This document shows, piece by piece, positions 63,428-64,000 of a stretch of DNA of 64,000 nucleotides. The notes beneath the pieces were generated by a model that saw only the letters and a program-made list of their open reading frames with translations, had not been told where the DNA came from and searched no databases. Source of the stretch: Camelus dromedarius (taxonomy: Eukaryota); contig NC_087436.1 in NCBI RefSeq assembly GCF_036321535.1, positions 100,690,001 to 100,754,000 of the forward strand, read 5' to 3'. The position numbers were made by a program, and so were the translations under genes. The stretch's first letter is position 1; the number at the start of each line of letters is the position of its first letter.

Positions 63428-63709
63428 GGGCTGATCAAGGAGTATTATATATAAGGCCACAAGAGGCAGGGACACACAGGGACTTTATCAGGTCCCTCAC
63501 AGTATGACATTGTCCAGAAGCTAAGACAAGGGCCACCATCCAGAAGGAAAGAAGGGACAAGGGAGCCTTCAGGGGAGAGAGGAATCTGAGAAGGTTTACC
63601 TCTACGGGGGTGTCGCTCAGCAGCACAGGAGTCTTTGAGTCACTGGACTCCTAGGACCATGGCCAAAGGGCTGCAGTGGCTTGGAGTCTTGTAGCTACAA
63701 GACTGTCTC

Positions 63710-64000
63710 TAGGCACATTTCATTTTATTGCACTTGGTCACTTGGCTATATTGTGCTTTGAAGATATTGAGGGGTTTTTTGCTTGTTTGCTTTTGTTTTC
63801 ACAAATTGAAGGTTTGTGGCAACCCTGCCTCAAATAAGTCTATGGGCGCCATGTTTCCAACAGTTTGTCTCACGTCATGTCTCTGTGTCACATTTTGGTA
63901 ATTCTCACAATATTTCAAACCGTTTCATTATTATTATATTTTTTACAATGATCCATGATTAGTGATCTCTGATGTGACTACTACAACTTGCTGAAGGCTC
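63710..64000 (+). mobile_element. Tigger1-derived non-autonomous element, runs off the window end
   Basis: 'caaattgaaggtttgtggcaaccctg..gtctctgtgtcacattttggtaattctc' is Tigger1 5' sequence, joined directly to 3'-end 'gctgaaggctc' (internal-deletion derivative). Confidence 0.9.

Noticed and set aside
1..64000. CRISPR arrays, operons or prokaryotic defence systems
   Set aside because: This is mammalian DNA with no regularly spaced repeat-spacer array and no gene-dense ORF structure.

Overview
AT-rich, repeat-dense mammalian genomic DNA, intergenic or deep intronic. A tRNA-Ala-derived Vic-1-like SINE with a 12-bp target-site duplication (TSD) suggests a camelid. I recognise no intact protein-coding gene; the supplied ORFs look like chance frames or antisense repeat sequence. 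Much of the window is transposon fossils: L1, L2, MIR, MLT1/MLT2, ERV1 solo LTRs, a two-LTR ERVL provirus, Tigger, hAT and a piggyBac (Looper-like) transposase remnant. Repeat family names come from recalled consensus sequences, not from a search. The most notable observations are: (1) a 96-bp, 95%-identical copy of unique DNA from 47731-47826 sitting inside an LTR 10.5 kb away; (2) an L1 mosaic of 5'UTR, RT and 3' pieces with no poly-A tail; (3) a speculative minus-strand spliced non-coding transcript at 16.1-18.9 kb next to a STAT-motif cluster; (4) an open candidate exon beginning with the homeodomain-like IWFQ. I found no convincing new biological system.
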